Below the pieces are notes generated by a model. That model did no database searches, had not been told where the DNA came from, and worked only from the letters and a program-made list of their open reading frames with translations. From contig JBBCKI010000002.1 in NCBI GenBank assembly GCA_037190965.1, positions 64,001-128,000 of the forward strand: a stretch of DNA of 64,000 nt, in the 5' to 3' direction. This stretch comes from Chthoniobacteraceae bacterium (lineage in GTDB: Bacteria; Verrucomicrobiota; Verrucomicrobiia; Chthoniobacterales; Chthoniobacteraceae). Position 1 is the stretch's first letter. Each line of letters starts with the position of its first letter. This document shows, in pieces, positions 1-11,910 of the stretch. Position numbers and translations under genes: made by a program.

Positions 1-1067
1 ATCTCCGCGCAGAACATCGGCACGAGTGTCGAGAGGATGCTGGAGTACCGCGTGGCACGGCGGGTTCCAAGGACGCTCTCCGCCTCGTCGATGAACAGGA
101 ACGGCAGGAACCCCTCGCGCCGCTTCTCCCGGGCCTGGGCGAAAATATCGCGCACGATCCGTTCGCTCTCGCCCACCCACATATTGAGAATCTCCGGGCC
201 TTTGATGTGCATGAAATACTCGCGCATCTCTGCCCCGGTCTGCTCCTTGAGCTTTTTGGTCAGGTTATAGGCGGTGGCCTTGCCGATCAGTGTCTTGCCG
301 CATCCCGGCGGCCCATAGAGCAAAAAGCCCTTGGGCGTGGAATGCTGAAAGCGGGCAAACAGATCGGCATGCAGAAGGGGAAGCTCCACGGCATCCTTGA
401 TCGCCTGCAATGCCTCCTGCTGGCCACCCACCCGTTCCCACGGAAGCTCCGGCACGCTGTCGAGAAAGTAGTCGTCGGCCTGCGGTTTGGAGAGCACTTC
501 GATGGCGACCCGGTAGTTGGAGTCCACCCGCACTTCATCCCCCGGCTTGACCGGCTCCCGGCTCAGGTCCGCGCTTCGCTGGAGCACGAGAGATTGGACG
601 CCATGCTCCGTGCCGACCCGAAGGCGATCCCCGTCGAGTACCTCGGTCACCTTCGCCACCGGCCCCCCGCTGTCGTAGCCGAGATCGCCCACAATCGCGA
701 AAGCTTCGTTGACGAGCACCCGGGTGCCGCGTTTTAGACTCGAAACCGCAACTCGCGGATCGACATTGCAATAGTAGTCGGCCCCGCCGACCACGATCTG
801 CGCCGTCTCCTTGTCCGGGATGCCCAGGAACGTCCCGATCCGATTGGCCGGGGCGGTCAGCTTCTGGACGATCTGTTCGAGTTTTTCGATGGCCTGTCGC
901 GCCTCGACCATCGTGTTTTCGTGTTCCGTCACGGCGGCACGGAGGTTGAGCAGGTCCTGCTGTGCGGGATGCCCGGGGGGCACCGATGCAAGCGCCCTGT
1001 CGATGCGATCCAACGGGGTCAACTCGTCCTCGTTGGGGTATTGATGAAACGGAGGCGAAGTTTGCAT
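1..1067 (-). CDS. arc: Proteasome-associated AAA+ ATPase (ARC/Mpa family), C-terminus runs off the left edge
   Basis: Absent from the ORF track. Manual minus-strand translation from ATG at 1067 gives MQTSPPFHQY..., an N-terminal coiled coil (EARQAIEKLEQIVQKLTAPANRIG), an OB-like interdomain, Walker A GFLLYGPPGCGKT, IKGPEILNMWVGESER and Walker B FLFIDEAES. The frame is open to position 1. Confidence 0.88.
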   Translation of the reverse strand, partial: MQTSPPFHQYPNEDELTPLDRIDRALASVPPGHPAQQDLLNLRAAVTEHENTMVEARQAIEKLEQIVQKLTAPANRIGTFLGIPDKETAQIVVGGADYYCNVDPRVAVSSLKRGTRVLVNEAFAIVGDLGYDSGGPVAKVTEVLDGDRLRVGTEHGVQSLVLQRSADLSREPVKPGDEVRVDSNYRVAIEVLSKPQADDYFLDSVPELPWERVGGQQEALQAIKDAVELPLLHADLFARFQHSTPKGFLLYGPPGCGKTLIGKATAYNLTKKLKEQTGAEMREYFMHIKGPEILNMWVGESERIVRDIFAQAREKRREGFLPFLFIDEAESVLGTRRATRYSSILSTLVPMFCAE

Positions 1068-1280
1068 TTGTAGAGACTACGGGAGGCCCCCGGTTATTGG
1101 CCTCATTCTGGGGTCAGGGGCAAAGACCCTTCCAAAATTCGACGAGCCCTGGCCGGCTCCGTACTCCCCTCCGCCCAAGGCTCGTCACCCTTCAAATCGC
1201 GGCCAGTCCGGGAAGCGGTCCCCTTTGACGGAACTCTGGGGCTTTTCACCCCGCCGTTCACGAGGTACGGTACGCTCCTG

Positions 1281-1949
1281 ATGTCGAAACGTTCACCCAT
1301 CCAATTTGCCATCGCCATCTGTCTGGTGCTCGTCACCTGCACCCTCAGCCTCTATTTTCTGACCTCCGCCACCGTCCGGGAGACACGGCGCACGGCGGCC
1401 AGCTTTGCCGAAGCGGTAAAAAACACGTTCAATTTCACCCCCAGGGTGACGGTGGACCGCACCTTGATCTTCAGGGAAAGCACACCGGTGATGGAATTGA
1501 TCACCAACAAGGAGCGGTTCGAACACCGGATGCAGTGGAGTTCCACCTGGCTGGGGAGCACTAAAACCATCGAGTTGAAAGCGTTCTTTACCGCAAGCGC
1601 CGGTTTCGATCTTCATGAGCCGTTTTCCGTTGCGTTCGACTCGCGCAAACAAACCGTACGGATCCGCCACCCGCGGCCTCGCATTCTTTCCGTCCAACTG
1701 GATACCGTGATAGCCAGCCAGGACGCTCCCGGGTGGTGGAATTCGATTACCGACGCAGACCGCACCGAGGTTCTCAATCGCTTCACCGCCGACGCCAGAA
1801 ACAAAATTGAGACGACAGCGCCGGCCCTTGAGAGAGCGGAAGCAAATTTGAGAAAACAACTCGGCGATCTTCTGGCAAAGAGCGGTCTGAAGGTTGAATT
1901 TGAGGAAACGACAGGGACGCCGACACCCCCACCCGCGGAGCACCGGTAG
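1281..1949 (+). CDS. DUF4230-like membrane-anchored protein
   Basis: N-terminal TM helix; TASAGFDL...IRHPRPRILSV and ALERAEANLRKQL resemble DUF4230. The stop TAG is supplied by the GTAG of the following repeat. Confidence 0.6.
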   Translation: MSKRSPIQFAIAICLVLVTCTLSLYFLTSATVRETRRTAASFAEAVKNTFNFTPRVTVDRTLIFRESTPVMELITNKERFEHRMQWSSTWLGSTKTIELKAFFTASAGFDLHEPFSVAFDSRKQTVRIRHPRPRILSVQLDTVIASQDAPGWWNSITDADRTEVLNRFTADARNKIETTAPALERAEANLRKQLGDLLAKSGLKVEFEETTGTPTPPPAEHR

Positions 1950-2099
1950 TCCGCTCTCGCCGAGAGCGCGGGAGATGACAATGACGCGCGTTTGACGCCA
2001 TCCCCTAAGGACGGGCTTGGTAATTTGCTGGATGCGGCCCAGAAAGGCACGAGAGCCGATACCCGCGCTCGACGGCGCGAGCGGACTACCGGTGCTGCC
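1945..2099 (+). repeat. REPIN-like element family A, copy 1
   Basis: GGTAGTCCGCTCTCGCCGAGAGCG...CGCGCTCGACGGCGCGAGCGGACTACC(GGTGCTGCC): inverted GTAG-headed palindromes; homologous to five other intergenic copies. Confidence 0.85.
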
Positions 2100-2201
2100 G
2101 CACCATTCGGCCAGGAATGCCTTGGTATAAGAGCTGCTTTCTTAACAATCACTCGGAGGAAATTGAAGACACACACCGATGGCCCAACGCCCCCTCCGAG
2201 A

Positions 2202-2252
2202 GCGGCCCGGGCAGAATGACTCCCCAAGCATTCCGCCCGGGCTGCACTTTTT
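2202..2252 (+). terminator. Possible intrinsic terminator upstream of dnaG
   Basis: Stem GCGGCCCGGGC(2202-2212)/GCCCGGGCTGC(2235-2245) followed by ACTTTTT. Confidence 0.5.
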
Positions 2253-2300
2253 CCGCCTCTTCCTTCCCGCGCCCGGGTCTTTCCGATACGCTCGTTTTCA

Positions 2301-4130
2301 ATGATCCCCGAGCAGGTTATCGAACAGATTGCGGCGGCCAACGACATCGTCGACGTCATCAACGGCTATTTCCCGCTGAAACGGGCGGGCGCCGTCTATA
2401 AGGCCCTCTGTCCGTTTCATCGCGAAAAATCACCATCGTTCACGGTGAACCCCGCCCGGCAGACCTTCAAATGCTTTGGGTGCGGCGCGGGCGGGACGGT
2501 TTTCAAGTTTGTGGAGCTTTACGAGAACGTCCACTTCCCCGAAGCCGCCAAACGGCTCGCCGCCCGCCGGGGCATCCGCTTCGAGGACGAGCCCCTTTCC
2601 GCCGAGGAAGATGCCAGGCACCGGATGAAAAGCCGCCTTCTCGCCCTGCATGCGGCGGCGGCAGAATGGTTTCACCGCATCCTCCTCAAGAGCGAAGCCG
2701 CGCAGCACGCCCGGAACTATCTCAAAAGCCGGGGAATCACCGCCGAGGTTGCGAAATCCTGGAAGATCGGCTACGCGCCGGAATCGTGGGACGCGCTCTC
2801 TCAGTGGGCTCGCAGCAAGGGGTATTATGACGCTGAATTGATTGCCAGCGGTTTGGTGACCAGCAAGGAAAGCGAAGAGCCCAACCGCCCCACCCGCTAT
2901 TATGACCGGTTTCGCGACCGGCTCATGTTCCCGATCTGCAACGACATCGGGGAGGTCATCGCCTTCAGCGGCCGCGTTTTGAGCGCGGAGGCGTTTGGGG
3001 GAAAATACGTCAACTCGCCGGAAACACCGATTTTCACCAAAGGCAAAGTGCTCTTCGGCCTTCATAAAGCGAAGCGCGCCCTCATCGATTCCGGCACCGC
3101 CATCGTCTGCGAGGGGCAGGTTGACCTGATCACCGCGTTCGAAGCCGGGGTTCGCAATGTCACCGCGTCGCAAGGCACCGCCTTCACCGAAAACCAGGCC
3201 AGTATCCTCAAACGCTTTGTCAAGGAAGTGGTGCTCTGCTTCGACTCCGACGCCGCCGGGTTAAAGGCTGCCGAAAAAACCCTCGAGCCCCTGCTCGATG
3301 TCGGGCTCTCCGTCCGCGTTGCCACGATGCCGGAAGGGCACGATCCCGACTCTTTTATCCGCTCGGAAGGCGGCGAGGTATTTGCCGCGAGAATCGCGGG
3401 AGCCCGCGATTTCTTCGAGTTTCAAGTGGAGCGCTTTGCGGCGAGCCCGGAGTTTACCACCCCCAGAGGAAAGGCGGACTTCGCCCGCAAGATGGCTGAA
3501 GGAGTCTCGCTGATCTCTGACGCGGTTCTCCGCGAGGCGGTCATCCAGAATGTGAGCGCCCGTTTGGAAATTCCCGCAGCCCAGTTCGCCGCGCTTCTGA
3601 AGCGGAGCAACCGGCCCGCCAAGCAGGAATGGAAGCACGACGCAGCTCAGGAAGGGGAGCCCCCATCCACCCCGCCCCTCCCCCCGATGAGCAATACCAT
3701 CCGGATCCTCTGCCGTCTGGCCCTGGTCAACGAAGATACCCGGCAATGGCTGCTTGCCCGGAAATGGGAAGCCCTGCTTGCCGAACTGACCGACGGCGAG
3801 ATTCTCGCCTGCATCCTGCGCGGGCGCTTCAACCCGGCCGAACCTGCCTCTCTCTCCACCTTCATCGCCACCCTTCCCCCGGCGGAACAAGCTGCCATAG
3901 CCGATCTCCTGGCCGAATCCCTCCCTGAAGTGGCAGACCCGCTCCCCATCGTCACCGATTGCTGGCGTGATCTGGAACGGCGAGCGTTACAAAACCGGAG
4001 GGACATCGCCACCGCCCGACTCCGCCAACCGGGGCTCTCCCTTGAGGAGGAGATGAAATTACAAAAACAAGTCCTTGACCTCACGCAGAGGCTTACCCAT
4101 ATTACGCGGCCTTTGTCCCCTCCCCCGTAA
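2301..4130 (+). CDS. dnaG: DNA primase
   Basis: CHC2 zinc finger CPFHREKSPSF...CFGC, DRFRDRLMFPI, KYVNSPET, TOPRIM EGQVD and CFDSDAAG, DPD. Confidence 0.97.
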   Translation: MIPEQVIEQIAAANDIVDVINGYFPLKRAGAVYKALCPFHREKSPSFTVNPARQTFKCFGCGAGGTVFKFVELYENVHFPEAAKRLAARRGIRFEDEPLSAEEDARHRMKSRLLALHAAAAEWFHRILLKSEAAQHARNYLKSRGITAEVAKSWKIGYAPESWDALSQWARSKGYYDAELIASGLVTSKESEEPNRPTRYYDRFRDRLMFPICNDIGEVIAFSGRVLSAEAFGGKYVNSPETPIFTKGKVLFGLHKAKRALIDSGTAIVCEGQVDLITAFEAGVRNVTASQGTAFTENQASILKRFVKEVVLCFDSDAAGLKAAEKTLEPLLDVGLSVRVATMPEGHDPDSFIRSEGGEVFAARIAGARDFFEFQVERFAASPEFTTPRGKADFARKMAEGVSLISDAVLREAVIQNVSARLEIPAAQFAALLKRSNRPAKQEWKHDAAQEGEPPSTPPLPPMSNTIRILCRLALVNEDTRQWLLARKWEALLAELTDGEILACILRGRFNPAEPASLSTFIATLPPAEQAAIADLLAESLPEVADPLPIVTDCWRDLERRALQNRRDIATARLRQPGLSLEEEMKLQKQVLDLTQRLTHITRPLSPPP

Positions 4131-4170
4131 ACACCCATGGGCGTGAGGTGAGACAATTGTCCGAACTCGC

Positions 4171-6129
<1,959 letters not shown>

Positions 6130-6152
6130 GAAAACCGGAAACCGGAGAGTTT

Positions 6153-6193
6153 AGACGCTGCCGCGCCATTGGCGCGGCAGCGTCTCTTTTTTT
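6153..6193 (+). terminator. Rho-independent terminator of dnaG-rpoD
   Basis: Perfect inverted repeat AGACGCTGCCGCGCCA-T-TGGCGCGGCAGCGTCT followed by CTTTTTTT. Confidence 0.9.
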
Positions 6194-6255
6194 CCGGTCT
6201 CCTCGCTCCGGTTTTTGAATAGCCTCTCCCGGGAAGTCGGGGCATACTCCCCGGC

Positions 6256-6789
6256 ATGCGCCGTGTTACGTTGTTGCTCACCGGGTCCCTTCTTGCCGCC
6301 GGCCTCGGGTTTCCTCTCTCCGCCCCCGCTCAAACGCCAAATGCCGCACCCACTCCGGCCCCAACCGGACGCGTTCGAGCCTGGCGCGCCACCCTTCCCG
6401 GCGGCTCGTTTTCGGTTGCCGTCCATGCGATGGTTTCCGTGGCCATGCATGAGTATGTGGTCGATGGCGCGGCCCGCGTAACCGAGGTTAACATCGATAC
6501 GACCGGCAATTCGCAGGCACGGTTCTATTTCCTGGAGCCGATCACTCCGCAAACGCCGCTCGCCGCAGGGCAATCGATCATCAACAAGGTCCAGGACCTC
6601 GCCACCGAAGCCGCCGGACGCACGGGGCAGGACGAGACCTGGAAAAAGGTGGTCAAGACTTATCCCGGGAGCACCCACGCGCACACCGTCGAATTCCGGA
6701 TCGGTTCCAAAGATGATCTCAAAAAGATTTTTGACAGCGCCGATCAGGCGATGCGCGAATCCAAGGAGATCATTTTCAATCTCCAATGA
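6256..6789 (+). CDS. Secreted hypothetical protein
   Basis: Signal peptide (MRRVTLLL...APA|Q), Pro-rich linker, globular remainder; ATGA overlap with the next gene. Confidence 0.75.
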   Translation: MRRVTLLLTGSLLAAGLGFPLSAPAQTPNAAPTPAPTGRVRAWRATLPGGSFSVAVHAMVSVAMHEYVVDGAARVTEVNIDTTGNSQARFYFLEPITPQTPLAAGQSIINKVQDLATEAAGRTGQDETWKKVVKTYPGSTHAHTVEFRIGSKDDLKKIFDSADQAMRESKEIIFNLQ

Positions 6790-7601
6790 GCTTCACCCTC
6801 AAGCGAAAACGCCCGCTGCCGGAAGAGTTCCGGCGCATCGGCGTGGAGCTTGCGGATGCCACCGTGGCCCATCTGAGGGATGGGGACGTCCACCAGACGA
6901 GACGACGAATCAAGGAACTCCGGGCGCTGCTCGCGCTTGCGAAGGGCGATCCTGCGGCTCCCGAGCTTGACCGGCTCTTCCGCGATGCCGCCCGCGCCAT
7001 CTCCGGGGCGAGAGACGACGAAATCTGCATGACGACCCTCGCGCGTCTGGAGAAAACGCCCGAGGCTCCCCCGGCAGCCGTCTTCGAAAAAGCGCGCGCG
7101 ACCGTCCATAAACAGGCCGTCGCCGCTTCCGGGCGGGAAGAGGTGCTGGAGCGGCTCGAAGCCGGGCGGCAGGATCTCGCGAACTGGAATCCCGACGCCA
7201 GTCGGAAGATCATCCGTCAAGCGCTACGGCGTTCCTACCGGAGATGCCGGCGGGCTTTGGAGGCACTGCAGGCCAAGGAGGAAGCAGGCAACTCCGACGA
7301 GGAAGCATTCCACCGGCTACGGCGTCGGATCAAAAGACTCTGGGCGCAACTCCGATTGGTTCGCAAGGAATGCACCAAGACCGTCAAAAAGCGCATTCGC
7401 AAGGCCGACAAGATCGCCGAACTGCTTGGGTTGGAGCACGACCTGGCCGTCCTCCGTACCCGCCTTCGGCAAAAACATGCCTCGCAGGTGCTCTCCAGCC
7501 GGATTGAAGAGGAACGCGCAGAGTTGCAAAAGATGTCGCTCGCCAAGACGCGACGTTTTTTACGGAGAAAGCCGAAGATCTTTCTCAAAAAACTTCTGTA
7601 G
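6786..7601 (+). CDS. CHAD domain protein (polyphosphate-binding family)
   Basis: VHQTRRRIKELRALL, SGARDDEI, FHRLRRRIKRLW, LGLEHDLAVL; very basic and helical. Confidence 0.85.
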   Translation: MSFTLKRKRPLPEEFRRIGVELADATVAHLRDGDVHQTRRRIKELRALLALAKGDPAAPELDRLFRDAARAISGARDDEICMTTLARLEKTPEAPPAAVFEKARATVHKQAVAASGREEVLERLEAGRQDLANWNPDASRKIIRQALRRSYRRCRRALEALQAKEEAGNSDEEAFHRLRRRIKRLWAQLRLVRKECTKTVKKRIRKADKIAELLGLEHDLAVLRTRLRQKHASQVLSSRIEEERAELQKMSLAKTRRFLRRKPKIFLKKLL

Positions 7602-7657
7602 CCGGCGACGCAAATTTCTCGTGAATAATTGAAACCCATAGCGTAGCTTTTGCGCCG

Positions 7658-8074
7658 ATGTCCTCCCCCGACTATCCCGACGCGTCACGGCGGGCTGTCC
7701 AATCTGTTGCGAGAACAGATGCGGCCCAGCAATCCCCCTCTCCCAAACCAGCCGATTCCGCGGAGGCAGAACGCCAGCGCGCCGACTGGGAGGGAATCGC
7801 CGCGATGCCGGAGTTCAAAGCGCTGATCGCCCGCAAAAGCCGGTTCATTATCGCGGGAACCATTTTCTTTCTCGTCTACTACTTCGCCCTGCCGATCCTG
7901 GTCGGCTACTTCCCGCAATGGATGGAGCACAAGGTTGGCCCGGTAAACGTCGCCTATATTTTCGCCTTTTCGCAGTTCATCATGGCCTGGGCGGTCGCTG
8001 CGGTTTACGTCAAGGTAGCCGCGGGTTGGGACACGGCCGCCGGCGCAATCATTAAAAAAGCGGAGGGCAAATAA
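7658..8074 (+). CDS. DUF485 (YjcH-like) small membrane protein
   Basis: PEFKALIARKSRF, two TM helices, directly upstream of actP. Confidence 0.85.
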   Translation: MSSPDYPDASRRAVQSVARTDAAQQSPSPKPADSAEAERQRADWEGIAAMPEFKALIARKSRFIIAGTIFFLVYYFALPILVGYFPQWMEHKVGPVNVAYIFAFSQFIMAWAVAAVYVKVAAGWDTAAGAIIKKAEGK

Positions 8075-8075
8075 G

Positions 8076-9632
8076 ATGGCGCTGACGATGTTTCTTGTTT
8101 TCATCGCGCTGACCCTGGGCATTACCTGGTGGTCCGCGCGACGCAACACCGGCGCAAGCGCCTACTTTGCGGCGGGCCGCAGCATCACCGGCTGGCAGAA
8201 CGGACTAGCCGTGGCCGGGGACTATATGAGCGCGGCCTCATTCCTCGGCATTGCCGGGATGATCGCCTTTCAAGGGTATGACGGGTTCATGTATTCCGTC
8301 GGCTTTCTGGTCGCTTACCTGACAGTCCTCCTGATCGTGGCCGAGCCGCTGCGCAACGCGGGCAAATACACGATGGCCGACGTTCTCGCCTACCGCCTCA
8401 AGGCGCGGCCGGTGCGGGCGATGGCCTCGTTGAGCACGCTCACCGTCAGCACGTTCTACATGATCGCGCAAATGGTGGGAGCGGGAGCGCTGGTCGCGCT
8501 TCTCCTGCCCGGCGTAAGCTTCTATGCCGCCGTGATCGGCGTCGGCGTGCTGATGATCGTTTATGTCGTTTTCGGCGGGATGCTCGCCACCACCTGGGTG
8601 CAGATCATCAAGGCGGTGCTGCTGCTCAGCGGCTCCCTCTTCCTGAGCATCCTGGTCATGAAGCACTACGACTACAGCTTCGTGAAGTTCTTCGAATCGC
8701 TCAGCGCGATTACCTTCACCAAAGGCGGAGCCGTCGTGACGCAGGACTTTTTGCAACCGGGCCACAAGTATCATGGCACCTGGGGTGCGCTGGATTTGAT
8801 CTCCCTCGGCCTCGCGCTGGTGCTCGGCACCGCCGGGCTTCCGCACATCCTCATCCGTTTCTACACGGTGCCGGACGCGAAGACGGCCCGCTCCTCGGTC
8901 GTCTGGGCGATGGTGCTGATTGGCGCGTTCTACATCATGACGACGTTCTTCGGCTTCGGAGCGGCCAGCATCCTTAACCCGGATAACATCGTCGATAACG
9001 CAGGGAAAGTGAGCCCGAACATGGCGGCTCCCCTTCTCGCCAAGGCGATGGGCGGCGAGATCTTCTTCGCCTTCATTTCGGCGATCGCCTTCGCCACCAT
9101 TCTCGCGGTCGTGGCGGGCCTGACAATCAGTGCCTCCACCTCCTTTGCGCACGATTTCTACACCAACGTGCTGCATCACGGCAAAGAGCCGAACCCCGGC
9201 CAGGAAGTCCGGGTCGCACGGATCACGGCCCTGGTCGTCGGCGCGGTTTCAATTCTCATCGCCATCGTGCTCGGGCCCTCGGTGAACGTGGCGTTCCTCG
9301 TGGGGCTGGCCTTCGCCGTCGCGGCCTCCGCGAATCTCCCGGCGATCATCTTCTCGATCTTCTGGAAGCGCTTCAACACAGCGGGAGCCGTGACGAGCCT
9401 CGTGACCGGCCTGGTCTCTTCCATCATCCTGATCCTCCTGAGCCCGAGCATCATGGGAGAAAAACACCTCTTCCCGCTCGATAACCCCGGGATCGTCAGC
9501 ATCCCGCTCGGGTTCCTTGGCGCGATCATCGGCACGCTGATCTCCCGTGAACCGGAGGCCGAGGCGAAGTACACCGAGTTGGTCGTCCGCGCCAATACCG
9601 GCCTCGGAGCCGAGAAGGCGACGGAGCATTGA
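8076..9632 (+). CDS. actP: Cation/acetate (monocarboxylate) symporter, SSS family
   Basis: QNGLAVAGDYMSAASFLG, AEPLRNAGKYTMAD, GTAGLPHILIRFYTVP, AFAVAASANLP. Confidence 0.92.
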   Translation: MALTMFLVFIALTLGITWWSARRNTGASAYFAAGRSITGWQNGLAVAGDYMSAASFLGIAGMIAFQGYDGFMYSVGFLVAYLTVLLIVAEPLRNAGKYTMADVLAYRLKARPVRAMASLSTLTVSTFYMIAQMVGAGALVALLLPGVSFYAAVIGVGVLMIVYVVFGGMLATTWVQIIKAVLLLSGSLFLSILVMKHYDYSFVKFFESLSAITFTKGGAVVTQDFLQPGHKYHGTWGALDLISLGLALVLGTAGLPHILIRFYTVPDAKTARSSVVWAMVLIGAFYIMTTFFGFGAASILNPDNIVDNAGKVSPNMAAPLLAKAMGGEIFFAFISAIAFATILAVVAGLTISASTSFAHDFYTNVLHHGKEPNPGQEVRVARITALVVGAVSILIAIVLGPSVNVAFLVGLAFAVAASANLPAIIFSIFWKRFNTAGAVTSLVTGLVSSIILILLSPSIMGEKHLFPLDNPGIVSIPLGFLGAIIGTLISREPEAEAKYTELVVRANTGLGAEKATEH

Positions 9633-9652
9633 GGGCTCACCTCCCTCGCCGT

Positions 9653-11890
9653 TTAATCGCCGGATTGGGTAATGCCTACCGGCAGCAATCCGCCGGGGGC
9701 CATCACTTCCGCGGTTTTCGGGGTCCGCTCGCCAAATGAAACAGGCGCGGTTTCAACTCGCCCGTCGCAAAGGCGGGCGTTCCAAAGCTTTGCCATGATC
9801 CACGGGAGGAATTGAAGGGCGGCGGAGGTGGAGTGGTCTGAGCGATTCAAGGGAGCAATCCGGTAGCTCTCAGCCCACGCATCCAGATAGCGCCGGTCGC
9901 CGGTTTCGATGGTCATGTAACCCATCAACCGGGCTATGTTATCCTGGTGCCACGCCGTTTGATCGGGGTAACGAACGATGGCCCCCTGCGGAGTGACGTA
10001 GACATCCTTTCCTGCGTAGTCCCACTGGTAAGGCCAGGCTTTGCCTTCAGGGTGATCCCAGCGCGAAACCAACATCCAGTCGGCAAATCGCTTTACCGTT
10101 TCCTTTAGCCGTTCCTCGTCGGGGAAGATCTCAAGGTAATCGACCATGCCATTGGTCGCCAGCATCCCCATCCAGGCCTTGGTGATATAGCCGCTCCATT
10201 GGTGAAGCCCTGCACCGCCACCCTGATCGCCAAAGCTCCCATTGGGGCGCTGCGATTGAGCAGCGCTCAGAGCGCCTTCCAGCGCAATGCGCCGGAAGAA
10301 GTCTTCGCCAAAATAGCGATAGAGAAGTACCGCGCCGCGTACATAGCAGATGTCCCGCCCCACGGTCATGCGAGGCCATGAGTTCTTGTTTTGCCAATGA
10401 GCGTTGGTAATGACGGCCTCAGCGGTATTGAAGAGATAGGGATCGCCGGTTTCGAGATAAGCCGCAATCGTCGCCAGCATCCTGTTCATTGGCAGGGAAA
10501 ACGCATTCGGTTCGAAACCGTGCATCTTCACCAGCTTCATGGCGTGATCGACCGCCGTGTCGGTAAAATTATAAGCCGCGCGGAGGGCATGATTGTAGAG
10601 TTCTCCATCACCGCTGCGCCATGCGCTCAGAAATGCCCCGTAAGCGATCTCGCCTTCCCAGCCCGGTTCATGAAAAATCTGCCCGTTCTCTTCCTTCCCG
10701 CTGGCAAGCTGGCGGGGAATGGCTCCATCTTCGAAACCGCCGCGCACAATGTTCTCCCGGATGAAGCTGTTCGCCTTCTCTACGGTCTCTTCATAAATAT
10801 TGCGGACGGGAAGAAGAGGCTCCGGCAGGAATTCTTCACAGAGGCCGTACCACCACGCGGGCGCAAGATACCGCACAATCCTGGGCGAACGCTCCGAAAG
10901 ACTAAGTGAGAACCGGAGCGTGCGAGCCATCCCGCGCGGGAAATGTTTGTCCGGAGAGCGGAAAATGAACGCATCGCCAGTACGATCTTCCGTGGCGATC
11001 CCCCCAAAGAGTTGAACACCCTCATAGGGTTGCAAAACCAGGAAACCTTGTTCCCGAGAAACATTGCCAGGGTGCTGCGGAGTTGCCAGGCGACAGACTT
11101 CGCTCAGGTCAAACGTCACGCCGTTAAGTTCGATACGACCGCAGCTTCCATCCCAGTTAACGGGCACTTCCGACAAGGCGTCGCCTTCTTCAACGGCTAA
11201 TCCAATGACCGGAACAACGTCCTCAAATGCCGCGCCGTCATCGACAAACTTGTTGTTGATATGGTGTGCATAGATTTCGCATACCCCATTGGCAAAGAAA
11301 CGCGCGAAAATCTGGCCGCTCAACCAATTGTGGCTGTGGAGGTATGGGTTCTTATAGCCCCGGTACTGCTTCAACTCTTCCTGGGTCATCCGCTTGCGCG
11401 GAATGCTGCCGCCCATCTCCACGACCACGCATTCCTCGCTCTGCTCCAGGACGACCAGTCGACAGGCCTCCCACCAGAGAACTTGCCCGCCAGTGCGAAG
11501 GCCCAGCGCGATCCCCGTCGAGCGGCCTCCGTATCGAAGGCGCAGGAGATGACTTTCCCAAAGGAAATTTTCGTCCGGGCTTTTGTCAAAAAGCTCAGCG
11601 GAAGCTTCCGGAAGCAATCGCGGTGTGGACCTTGTCGCCGGTACGCCAAGCCGCAAACTTTCCAAAGCGGGCCCATTCCCGTCCCCAAACATCAGCAAGC
11701 GGCGCGGTGAAGAGCAGCCCGGCCAACGTCCCAATGGCAAGATCGCCGTCGGCGCGCCTCCCAGGCTCAATGGTTGCACCGGATCACGAGGCCATGGGAG
11801 CGAAGTCACCCAAAGACCGGCTTCCGTTTCTTCGCCAACCCGGCTGAGCCGGAGCTGGGAGAGGTACTCCATTGGGGAAGTCGCCTTCAT
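9653..11890 (-). CDS. Large hypothetical protein, probable alpha/alpha-toroid carbohydrate-active enzyme (start moved to ATG 11890)
   Basis: Long ORF with Trp/Tyr-rich helical repeats (AWRSGDGELY, AYLETGDPYLF, TIETGDRRYLD); last gene of a co-oriented cluster. The track start at 11962 overlaps the upstream gene. Confidence 0.6.
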   Translation of the reverse strand: MKATSPMEYLSQLRLSRVGEETEAGLWVTSLPWPRDPVQPLSLGGAPTAILPLGRWPGCSSPRRLLMFGDGNGPALESLRLGVPATRSTPRLLPEASAELFDKSPDENFLWESHLLRLRYGGRSTGIALGLRTGGQVLWWEACRLVVLEQSEECVVVEMGGSIPRKRMTQEELKQYRGYKNPYLHSHNWLSGQIFARFFANGVCEIYAHHINNKFVDDGAAFEDVVPVIGLAVEEGDALSEVPVNWDGSCGRIELNGVTFDLSEVCRLATPQHPGNVSREQGFLVLQPYEGVQLFGGIATEDRTGDAFIFRSPDKHFPRGMARTLRFSLSLSERSPRIVRYLAPAWWYGLCEEFLPEPLLPVRNIYEETVEKANSFIRENIVRGGFEDGAIPRQLASGKEENGQIFHEPGWEGEIAYGAFLSAWRSGDGELYNHALRAAYNFTDTAVDHAMKLVKMHGFEPNAFSLPMNRMLATIAAYLETGDPYLFNTAEAVITNAHWQNKNSWPRMTVGRDICYVRGAVLLYRYFGEDFFRRIALEGALSAAQSQRPNGSFGDQGGGAGLHQWSGYITKAWMGMLATNGMVDYLEIFPDEERLKETVKRFADWMLVSRWDHPEGKAWPYQWDYAGKDVYVTPQGAIVRYPDQTAWHQDNIARLMGYMTIETGDRRYLDAWAESYRIAPLNRSDHSTSAALQFLPWIMAKLWNARLCDGRVETAPVSFGERTPKTAEVMAPGGLLPVGITQSGD

Positions 11891-11910
11891 GTCTATTCGG
11901 AAGAAAATCT

